NCBI RefSeq assembly: GCF_006345805.1
Contig: NC_042997.1
Location: 86,428,001-86,492,000, forward strand
Length of the DNA stretch: 64,000 nucleotides
Direction of reading: 5' to 3'
From: Octopus sinensis
Lineage: Eukaryota
How positions within the stretch are numbered: the first letter of the stretch is position 1; every line of letters begins with the position of its first letter. The notes beneath the pieces were generated by a model that made no database searches, was not told the origin of the DNA, and saw only the letters and a program-made list of their open reading frames with translations. Below, in pieces: positions 1-40,700 of this stretch. Position numbers and translations under genes: made by a program.

Positions 1-303
1 CCAAACTTATCACAAATAGCTTTTCCTAATGGACTAACTGAACACAGTACTTCAAACCGACAAATCACTGGTCAATTCCAGTGTTGCCAAAACATAGATC
101 AATAAGTTATACCCATCATAATAACTATTTGGAGCAAGGTGAGCTCAGCCACTGAGAGTTGTCTTGAGCAATGAAGAGATATAAACTGTTGACTTCTTAG
201 TAGGGTGCTTTGTACTCTATCAACTCAACCATTTCTAATTATCCCTAACACAGAAGTAAAATATAACAAAAGTTGGGGTTTTTTTTAACCAAGAAAAACT
301 TAC

Positions 304-30840
<30,537 letters not shown>

Positions 30841-30853
30841 AGCTGGCGTAATA

Positions 30854-30861
30854 CCGGAAGT
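30854..30861. promoter_or_regulatory. ETS-family (GABP/ELK-type) motif CCGGAAGT, 14 nt upstream of the RAB3GAP1 ATG
   Basis: Exact consensus match in a CpG-retaining region, typical of TATA-less housekeeping promoters. Confidence 0.5.
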
Positions 30862-30988
30862 TGATGTAAGGGACGTAACTCTATTATATAGAAATTGAAG
30901 ACTTCTTCCAGAAATTCTGAGTTAAACAGAATTATTGTCCTTGGAATTACAGCTGACGAAAGTAATTGGTTGTCAGGCAATCGTCTAA

Positions 30989-32331
30989 TTTTTTTTTTTT
31001 TTTTTACATTAGACTTTGTTTTTATTAATAACGTGTTTTTAGATAAAGAAAAGTACGAAAAACATTAAATATATGAAATATCAAATTATCGAGGACAAAC
31101 CCCATTACTGCCTCACCAAAGAAACAAAGAAAAAGTAAAAAGAGGGGATTAATCAAAAGATGGAGAGGTTGTACACGCCAGAACAGATGGCGTGTTTAGT
31201 CGCGCCTCGCGGACTTGATTGTAAAGCGTTGCCACGGAGAATGGCTAGAGGTGGTCACTGCAGCAGCCACCCCACTTCGCGAGGCTCATTTCTCAGACAG
31301 GCTGCAGTTATTCCGATTTTGCGGATGAAATCGGCGGTGCGGAGTCCGAGAACACTCGAGGTCTCGATGGCGACCGGCACAGGCTCCTGTATATGTATAT
31401 TTTTCTTCCTTCTGCGTTACGGGCGGTGATACCTGGATTTGTGGCAAGGTTGGAGCGAGGTTAGAGCCGGGGAACTTGTCGCAGCACGCTGCGTCCCAAT
31501 TCAACAGTCCAATTGACTAGAGCTGATTCTAGTTCCTAGCCACTTCGGGATCAGCCACCCCGCGAAGAGGGTGCAGCTAAAGGAGATTGAGGAAAGATAG
31601 GCTGGTAGAGTCAGGTCTAATGTGAAACGGAGGCCAAGGTCACCGAATTTAACAGGTAGCTTAGCCTGTTGCTAGCCGGTGCTGTCAAAAAAGTGACATT
31701 GCAGATCAGTTCAGCACAGTGCCGGATAACGTCATAAATATCCCTGAGGCGATCTGTAAGAGGGTGACGTGACGCACTGCGTTGCTAGAAAGGGAGCTAA
31801 GGTATGGCAAAGTAATCCTCAATATTTTAATCATTATTGATAAGTCCGCAAGTTTGGTCTCCAGGCACTCTGTTATGGCTTTCGGGAGGATTTGAGAACC
31901 AAGAATGCAGACGGCGTCCCTTGGTTCCAGCCAAGACGGGATGGTTGCTGAGTACGGTGTCCAGGAATTCGGCCTCCCCTGAGCTGACGTTTATCATCTC
32001 CATGTTGGACGGATTGATCTCAAGCACAAGAAGCTTCAGGGTTGGGATGACCTGATGAAGGTCCCTCACTACAAACTCAGCCGAACCACTCAATGTCCCG
32101 TCATCCAGATACCAGACATTGAAGGGTGAGTAGACTGATCTGGCAACATCACCAACAGCCAACGCATAAAGGAACAGACCAAGAGGATCACCCTGTTGGA
32201 CACCTGTGGAAGAAGCGATCCTGTTGTTGGCAGCTATGAGTGCATTGGGTGCTCCATAGGAGAGATATGTATGTGGGTGTATTGAGGGAGCACGTCTTAG
32301 GCACGTCTCCAAGTTGTCGTCCCATCTAACG
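30989..32331 (-). mobile_element. CRE-clade non-LTR retrotransposon remnant (RT plus restriction-like endonuclease), 5'-truncated and internally deleted
   Basis: STGVQQGDPLG..WYLDDGTL (RT); QQAKLPVKFGDLGLR..LPAYLSS; WDAACCD..PVAIETSSVLG..LAILRGNAL (RLE); AATAAA plus an A-run at 30989-31026. Confidence 0.8.
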
Positions 32332-32385
32332 ACGTTAAAGGTATTTTATATATACTCTAAAATATACGTTAAAGGTATTTTATAT

Positions 32386-33153
32386 ATACTCTAAAATATA
32401 CTCTCCTTCATTTTCCACAGTGCTCTTCCATCTATCTGGTAGACTTGCAAGGCTCCTCTTCCAAAATTCACTTGTTCGGACGAAAAATACTCCTTCAGTA
32501 CTGTTCTGACCTCGTCTACAGAATTCATATATTTTGCGTCCAAATGAGCTTGAAGACTGCGGAATGTATTGTCTCCCATTCAAACTGTTCCAGCCTTTGG
32601 AATGTCATCCTCGCTGTGTGTGGCCGAGCATTATCCTGATGGAAGAACACCTTTCGTCTTAAAACCAAAGATGGTCGTTTTTCTTCTAGCGCAGGTGTCG
32701 ATGAATGGGTGAATTACAAAATTCAAGCTTTTCTGCTAGTTCCTCAACAGTTACGATGAGATTTTGTTCCACCAGGGCTCCCAGACGTCCTCGTCGAGCT
32801 CTACAAATCGTCCAGGACGAGACTGGTCTTCTAGGCTGTAGCTTCCGGCTCGGAATTTCTGGAACCACCGTTGACAATGGCTTATGCTTATTGTCCGATC
32901 CTCATGTACTGCATTAATATTCCTCGCACTTTCCGTTGCGTTGTTGCCTTTATTGAACTCATAAAGCAAAATGTGTCGAACATGCTCTTTGGTCACTTCC
33001 GAACTGCATTCTTCAAAACTTGCACCAAGAATGATGACAAGGTAAAGTTATACCTGCTTTATAACAAGCAGAAGCAAGTTGTTTATACCATTCCCCTTTC
33101 ACCTTTAGTTCATGCAATTGAAAAAACTGCATTATTAATGGGATGACCCTATA
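32386..33153 (-). mobile_element. internally deleted mariner, 3' TIR lost
   Basis: HTH KEHVRHILLYEFNKG..QRWFQKFRAG, DNARPH, TIR at about 33121-33153; sister of 62182-63077. Confidence 0.85.
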
Positions 33154-33273
33154 TCTTCTATATATATAAAATACGTTGTCTGTGTGGGTGTCCTCTATAC
33201 ACACTCAATCCTCTGGATCAATCTACCATACTTGAGCTACATGAATAATTTGACCTTGGAAAGAATAATACGG

Positions 33274-33698
33274 GGATCTTTTCAGTTTGACCGGCAGTTT
33301 TTTAAAATAATTTCCACGTAACTAAACACTTTTAAACTTCGTATACTGGTAGAATGTGTTTATAAAACATCTTTTTCTCTTGGCTTTATTGAGAAAATTC
33401 TATAGTTTGTAAAATATTTGTTGTTGTTTTTCTTCAATTTCCGCAATTTCAACCAATCAATCACGTCCATTGAGATAAAAAAAAAAAAACATTCTGTGCC
33501 GTATGAATATGTCCCTCGTTTAAGAAACAGATTGGGTTTATTTACATTTCTGAAGAAAAAAAGATACCCTCCCCCCCATCCCTAACCTTAATCCTAAAAC
33601 AGATTGAAATGCAATAGATCGATACTAGGGTCATAATTTTGGGTGACAATTTCATATGACACCGCTAGAAAAAACTGCCGTTCAAACCGAAAAGATCC
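33274..33698. mobile_element. 425-bp MITE with 30-bp TIRs and an 8-bp TSD (Merlin-like)
   Basis: GGATCTTTTCAGTTTGACCGGCAGTTTTTT and AAAAAACTGCCGTTCAAACCGAAAAGATCC; TAATACGG on both sides. Confidence 0.8.
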
Positions 33699-34319
33699 TA
33701 ATACGGTCTTGATTTATTTTTTTAATAAATATAAATAATATTGCTTTATATATAAAGATTTACTTCTTAAAATTGTTCTGTCAATGTCAACTTCCTGTGT
33801 TTGGCGTCCTGACGTAGTAACTAAGTAACCAGCTATTTACACACACACACGTATGTATACATAATTACAGTTGTGACGATTTCTGATTAAAAAATAAAAG
33901 ATTTCTAAAAGTACTTTCATGTGAGAAAAAAATTTCATATGGCGATAGACACCTTTTTCTCAATTGATTGTATGAAGAACCGTATATTGTGCATTGATTT
34001 TCTAATACATATTTCGGACATTTTTGGAACAAGTCGCCTTATTAACACTTGATATTTCACATTTAAATCGCATGTGATTAATCTTGGCGCAACTCAACTT
34101 ATTAACATTTTCACTTAACCGTTTTCTGTTGCAGAAGTGATTTACACTGTCATTGTGTGAGATGTTTTCATTTTGACTCATCTAGGCTTAAATACCCCAA
34201 TATCGGCAATTAGCGTGGGCAATCGCCGAATCAATTTTTCAATTGTGATCGGTCAACTCGATAGTCTGGTATGTGCTTACTGTCAAATTGGATGCGTAAC
34301 TGAAAGTCTAAGCACCGTA

Positions 34320-35571
34320 CGAGGGACGTTCAATAAGTAATGCCCATGACCTACTTGTAATTGTTTGATCTAGCTGATATTTTGCATGTGCAATTATTTA
34401 TATCTTTATAGTGGCAAATTACAGCTCTGAACTAATTGTGGTTTCTGATTTACAGGTGTTTGAACTGAGTCAAATGTGAAATGGAGCCTGTTGAGTGTCG
34501 AGCAGTGATCCGCTTTTTGTATTTGAAAGGACGCACACCACGGGAGACTTTTGATGCAATGAAAGTAACTTATGGTGATGATGCCCCATCATATGGCCTT
34601 GTAAAACGCTGGCATCGTGAATTCAAACATGGTCGGAACTCTGTGGAAACAGCTCCCAGATCTGGTCGCCCCCACTTCTGCCATTGATGAGGCATCTGTC
34701 CGTCAAGTTGAGGCTGCCATTTTGGAAGATCGACGCATAACTACTCGCCAAATAGCCCATGAGGTCAAGATTAGTACCGGGTCTGTGGAAACTATCATTC
34801 ATGACCATTTGCATATGCAAAAGGTGTCTGCCAGATGGATTCCCAGGTTGCTCACATCTTTCCAGAAGCAAGAACGCGTCGAGTGCTCGAGGATGAATTT
34901 GGAGATGTGCCAAGAAGATGAGTCAATATGTTTCAAAAGACTGATTACACAGGATGAAACCTGGGTCCATCACTATGATCCAGAGACCAAAGCCCAGTCA
35001 ATGCAGTGGAAGTACCGTGACTCACCTCCTCCAAAGTAGGCAAGGGTGCAGCCCTCCGCTGGCAAGGTCATGTTCACAGTCTTCTGGGACCAGGACGGAG
35101 TAGTGATGACAGATTTCCTGACAAAGGGTACCACAATTACAGGAGCCTATTATGCTTCACTTTTGAAGAAGTTAAGAGAAGCTATCAAAATCAAGAGGCG
35201 GGGCAAGATCAGCAAAGGCATCCTCCTCCTGCAGGACAACGCTCCGGTCCACAACTCGCGTGTCGCCAGATCAGAAGCACACTCTCCTAACCTTGCACCC
35301 TCTGATTTTCACCTCTTCCCAGCCATGAAGTTGTTTTTGAAAGGAAAGCGTTTACCAGATGATACAGCTTTGATTTCTGAAGTCACGTCGTGGTTGGAGG
35401 ACCAAGCTGGGGTCTTCTACAAAAACGGTCTCTAGAGCTACATCAAACGATGGGAGAAATGCGTAACTCTGGGTGGTTCCTATGTAGAAAAAGACAAATA
35501 ACTGTGCCAAGTTCCGTTGCTCTACTCCTATGGGAAGTGTGTCAGGGACATTACTTATTGAACGCCCCTCG
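34320..35571 (+). mobile_element. near full-length mariner (1252 bp); transposase pseudogene 34481-35501
   Basis: TA TSDs; TIRs CGAGGG(A/G)CGTTCAATAAGTAATG; WIPRLL, ITQDETW, LQDNAP, SPNLAPSDFHLF; one frameshift, two stops and a deletion before SP.LAPSD. Confidence 0.93.
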
Positions 35572-35639
35572 TATCTCAGGCTCCGGGAGCTGGATAGTTT
35601 GTTTCCTCGTTTTTTTTGTCCTACTTTTTCATCCCTCAA

Positions 35640-36095
35640 TGCAGTTTTCTTGGAGAGGTGGGGGGGAAGTTGATGAGCTATTGATGGATAACAGCACAGT
35701 GTTTCGCTCAGTGCCGACCAATGGAATACCAAACGTTTCTTCAGAGCAGCATATAGGTCTGGAGGAATGGGACTGTGGAGCGTCACCATCGCACAATCAA
35801 AGCTATGACTGAGAGGGAGGAATATTTCTCCCATCGAAGCAGTATTCTGGTACAATATGTTGCCAAGGTGAGGACTGACTGGTGAGACGGTCCCGCAAAA
35901 GGCTGTGTTTAGGTACGAATGGAGACACCCGAGCATGTAACCGCGATCCTTTGGGGTCAGCAAGTGTTCAAATCGGGGAAGAAGTGTGGTTGAATCTCCC
36001 CGACGCGCAGTGAACATCTCAGTGGGGGAAAAGAAGAGTGACAGCAGTGAACTCTCGTAACAATGTATCGGTGGAAGGAATGCCGTGTCACATAT
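35640..36095 (+). mobile_element. Ty3/Gypsy-type integrase fragment
   Basis: Frameshifted VDELLMDNSTVFRS..FFRAAYRSGG/NGTVERHHRTIKAM..ISPIEAVFWYN..VFRYEWRHP..IGEEVW..VNSRNNVSVEGMP. Confidence 0.7.
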
Positions 36096-36259
36096 AGGAA
36101 AAAGGAAGGTTGGATGAAGACTGAATACCACTTTGTTTTGAAAACATTTCATCAAAACGTCTAAGGGATTTATTTTAAAAGCCTTCTCTCCTTGTCTGGG
36201 ATGAAACAGTGGGGTGGTGGGGGGTTTAATAAACGGAAAAGCTGCGTTTAAAAATCAGT

Positions 36260-36915
36260 ACTGGTTATTATATCCGATGGTTTAACAAGTCAACTGCAAT
36301 TTCTCGGTGTTTCTATTAACAAACCCTTTAAGACTAACGGTAGAGGAATAGAACAACTGGATACAGTTGAAAGAAGATTTTGTTACGAACCCCAGCTGGA
36401 CCAAGGAAAAAATTTATGCTTGCTCTGGTGTGCATATGGGCGAACAATTCGTGGGTGAAAACAAGAAGTGATATAGCGATTAAGTCATTTAAGATATATT
36501 GTATTCGTAAGGCAATGGATGGAACTGAGGATGACATTCTCTTTTATCATAATATTGGGTCCAATGATGAAATATCATTCTTTATTAAGCGAAAGTGAAA
36601 GCAATGAGGATCTTGTAGATTTTGCCTCAAACTAAATAACAGTAAACCATTTTTTCTTCTCTTTTTCTTTTCTTTTGTGTGTGTGTGTGTTTTTTTTTTT
36701 TTAATTTATGGTAGTTTCTTATTTTGAGTACTTTTGTGTTTAGAACAATGTACACTAATCGTTAAAGTATCGGGCTGAATTTTTGTTTGAGAAAACCCTT
36801 TCAAATATGGTTGTAGCTTCTTTTTTTACCTCCAAAACTTTGTCTTCAAAATAAGGGTGCGTCTTATACATCGGCGCACCTTATACACCGGTCTTATGTT
36901 CTCAAAAATACTGTA
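36260..36915 (+). mobile_element. pogo/Tigger-type DDE transposase 3' fragment and right end
   Basis: VII.DGLTSQLQ.LGVSINKPFK; IKSFK.YCI..AMDGTEDD; ggtgcgtcttatac subterminal repeats ending aaaatactgta. Confidence 0.7.
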
Positions 36916-37670
36916 TTTGTGAGCTGCATCTCAAACTACATGCAGACGATACTTTCGATAATCCACATCTGAGACCACAATTTAAATTTTTCGGTCATGC
37001 AGAAAATGTTAATCTCTTCGAATATGCACACAATTGCCGAGGTTTCCCTTTCAGTATTGGAGTATCTTGTTTCAGTAGTGCTTTATGCTCTAGACCAGCG
37101 TTTTCCAAACTTTTGACTCTTGAGGACATTAAAATACAGTTTATACCCAGGGGGTCCCTTTACACACATACACACACGGGAAGCCGATGGTAGGTAAGCG
37201 TCCGACAAAATGCTTTACTATATTTGTCCCAGCTCTTTACGTTCTGAGTTCAGAGCCAATCGAATTTACCTTTGCCTTTTGTCCTTCTGAAATCGAGGAA
37301 ACGAAGCCCTAGTCCACAGCGGTGGAGCTTGAAAGAACTGTTACAATGGTGAACGAATACTTCTCAATATCTGTTCCGAATTATATGTTCGCTTATAATT
37401 ATTTCAAGCTATATCCACCCTTACATTTCCTTTGGATAACATCGCAGGATGTGGAGAGGAAACACATACTTTATAGCAATTGGTGGTCTTACATCCTTTT
37501 TTTTTTTTTAAGATTTGCCCATGCCTGCATTCCGGAGGGAAGTTTTCCGGATACAGCTACGTTGTCAGCCATGACCAAATATGCAGAAGAGATTAAATTC
37601 GTACAACACCGTAAAACCGAGCGGAGAAGAGATGCTTGCTTGGCGTTATCGTGTAACATAAACAAATACA

Positions 37671-37737
37671 ATGAAAACCTATGTTGCTGTGTTCCTCACT
37701 TTATCGTGTGTTTTGCTTCTCTACTTAAATTGCTGTG
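37671..37737 (+). CDS. GNPTG: GNPTG exon 1 (signal peptide)
   Basis: acaATG, hydrophobic core, donor G/gtatgt, phase 1 fits the next exon. Confidence 0.82.
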
Positions 37738-40700
37738 GTATGTTGACATTAATAATGCAAATTATTGTTTATACTATACATTTTCGACAATCCTTCATGT
37801 TACAAACACGGAAGAGAAACAAAGACGACCGTCATTAAATTTTCTAAGAGACTAACATGTTTCAAATATATATATATATATATATATATAATCATATTTT
37901 CTATGCATCAAATATGTAGTGATATAATGTATGTAGCAAGGATAGTATTGTTTGATCCAATACAGCAGTAACTCCACTGGACTGTTCTTTTAATAGGGGG
38001 CGAGACTAACTCTCAAAAAGACAGTCTGTTACTAGTATATTGGATCAAGCAATACTACCATTGTTAAATATAAATATATTATATAATTACAGGTTGTATT
38101 CTTCAAAATAATTATTAGATATATAAATTGGAGTATTATTGTTTGTTTCTTCGATACGGTGTATAATTTTGGTTTCTCTTATCGTTCATGTTTGTACTCT
38201 TCACTTATTGTTGAGATCCTAGATCTACTGATCAGAGACCAGGTTAATCAGTAAATCTATGATCAAAGGTATTCCATTTCGTGTATTTGTGGTGGGGGAC
38301 TACGTTTCCCAAGATAACCCCCACTTTTTTTTATCTGGTAGGATATAGTTTGTACATTTATATAGCTGTTATTAATAAGAATCTCGAACTACCACCACGT
38401 AGAGGCTCTCATCGCGTGCTTACTTCCCTGTCATATACTAAGTGTAATTGCAACCTTAATTATTATCTATTGCCTGATTTACATTTATATACTCATAAAA
38501 ATAGTTTTTAATTAAAAAATTGTTTTGTATCTCAAATGTAATTTCTACTTGTTTCTTTTTCTGAAAGAAGTAATTAGAAGTAAATAACCATTTCAACAAA
38601 TCTGCTGAACCTAACTTTATTTACTTAGTAATTATCGTTTAAAGAACAATGCTAATTAAATGAGAATTGAAATTCTTTATTGAAAAGAACTTCATTTACA
38701 CCACTACAATGTTCACATTGTATCAGGAGATTACATTGCTAATGAGTGGCCACAATCATAATTAGTAATAAAGGAATACAACATATTCACGAACAACAGA
38801 GCGCTAATATATTTACACGATAAATTATTTCTAGCCCCAAGTCAGCTTTGATTAGGTGGAATTATGATTAAAGATGTTTCAAACCGAAAGAATATTGATG
38901 AGACTACAGTATCCAAAGTGTCCTTCCATCTTTAAAAATTTAGTAAGCTGTGGCTTGAGTGGTATTTGGTTGTTATTTCTAGCAGGTCGAGTGACTGTCC
39001 AGGTTCTTTCGTTAGCTCGCCAGGATAAGAGTAGAACAATCTAGCTTTCATGAGGAATAAGGTTATACTCATCTTCTAGTAACACAGAATCAAAGACTAA
39101 TTTAAATAGTTACAAACGTCTCTCATCTGAGTTTGAATATTGTTGGAACTGAATTTATTTTTCGTTTATGTGAATATGATGTGACATGTACCTGCAATAT
39201 ACTGCACAATAGTCAAGTAGATTCTAGCTTACAAAATTGTGTCGTCATCAGATTGGTATCACGGTTTCAATTTCCATTTGGGTCTGTATCATTTAAATTC
39301 CATCTCAAGGTAGGCTCAGGCGTCACTGTAAGTTTACAGCTCTATTTGGTCTGTGATTGGCCAAATGAACAGGTTCTCTCTACAACGTCCGATTGTCACT
39401 TATATAATGTGGCTGCAGTCATGTTTAATTGAGTTCCTTTCACTTCATTTCTCTAAGGACTTCCGGCTTGTAGTTTGGTTCTATCACGATTGCGCTGGCA
39501 TCTCACACACAGAACAGTTCTTCTTCCACATGCACTAGCAGTATCAACTAAACTCAATGCCATTCTCTCATGCTTTCTAGAAACACTTCTATCAAGTCTT
39601 TTTCTACATACACAAAGTACAGCTAATGTCCTCACACATTCATTCACTGCTACCATACTACAGACATCTCTATAAAACCCAACTTACTTCTTTACAGAAA
39701 TCTTATACAAGGCATTTTACATTGTACATAACCCACTGCTGTGAATAAACTTCACTCTTGAACAAGTTGAGTATTGTCTGCCTGTCTCTGTATACCAATT
39801 ACTATTGAACAAACATGCACACTATCAACAACCTACTACTGCCGATGTCATCACTTCAACCTGACCATGAACACTCCGCCATGTTATATCAACAAGCTAC
39901 ATACATTAGCTACGAAGATAGTGGACTCACTATACTAGTGACCCCTTCACTAGACTGGTGATACCACCACTATAGCATGAATGTTGGAAATCTGAAATTT
40001 ACATCATTTTTTTTTAATTGTTGCCAGGCTATATTGTATGTTATGTTCCTTAAAACAATGTTAGATTTTTTTAACAATTTATTCTGGTAGGTAGGGCAAG
40101 TACTCATAACTTTTGCTAACCCTTTCATACAGAGGTGCAGGAACTCTTCTTGCAACATAAAAAAACAGCATGTCTATGCTAGTGGTTGTATTGTGTTAGT
40201 GAATAATGATTTACCAATATTTTTAAATATGTTTGTGAATGTAATATTTTCTCTATTTCATGTATGGGAGCAATAGGTGCAGGCATGGTTGTATGGTAAG
40301 ATGTTTGCTTCCGGTGTAGTGTTTGTCAGTTGGATTGTGGATTTTGAGTGTAACGCGTGTTTTTTGGTTGTCTTGGCAGTGCAATGTTTTTCCTCTTGTT
40401 TAATGGGGGGGGGGGCGTCAGGTGAGGAGCTGTGAAGGCTTGAATTATTCAGGCTCCATAAATTACCCTTCTTCAGACTTTTTGTTATCTGAGGAAGAAT
40501 TGGTGAGGTGTTTGGATAGAATTGATGAAAAAATGGTGACAAAGCATTATGCAGAGCTGACAAAGGAAAAAACTAAAGAAGTGTGTCTGGAAGAAATAAG
40601 TAAATTTTTTTAAATGCTTAAAAGGGAGGAGACCGAATTGAAGGTATTCCCTCCCAAAGAAGTTTTAAAGGGGAAACAAGAAAGAACAATTATTTACAGG

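Noticed and set aside
35352-36155. Longest track ORF (267 aa, minus strand)
   Set aside because: It is the antisense of the mariner end plus the Gypsy integrase relic, and has no recognisable protein motifs.
37322-37855. 177-aa plus-strand ORF over the GNPTG start
   Set aside because: It crosses a T-run, the GNPTG signal-peptide exon in another frame, and intron sequence. Only its internal ATG is kept as a possible uORF.
39328-39960. Possible solo LTR with a downstream gag start
   Set aside because: A TG start and an AATAAA are present, but there is no clear CA end, PBS, TSD or second LTR.
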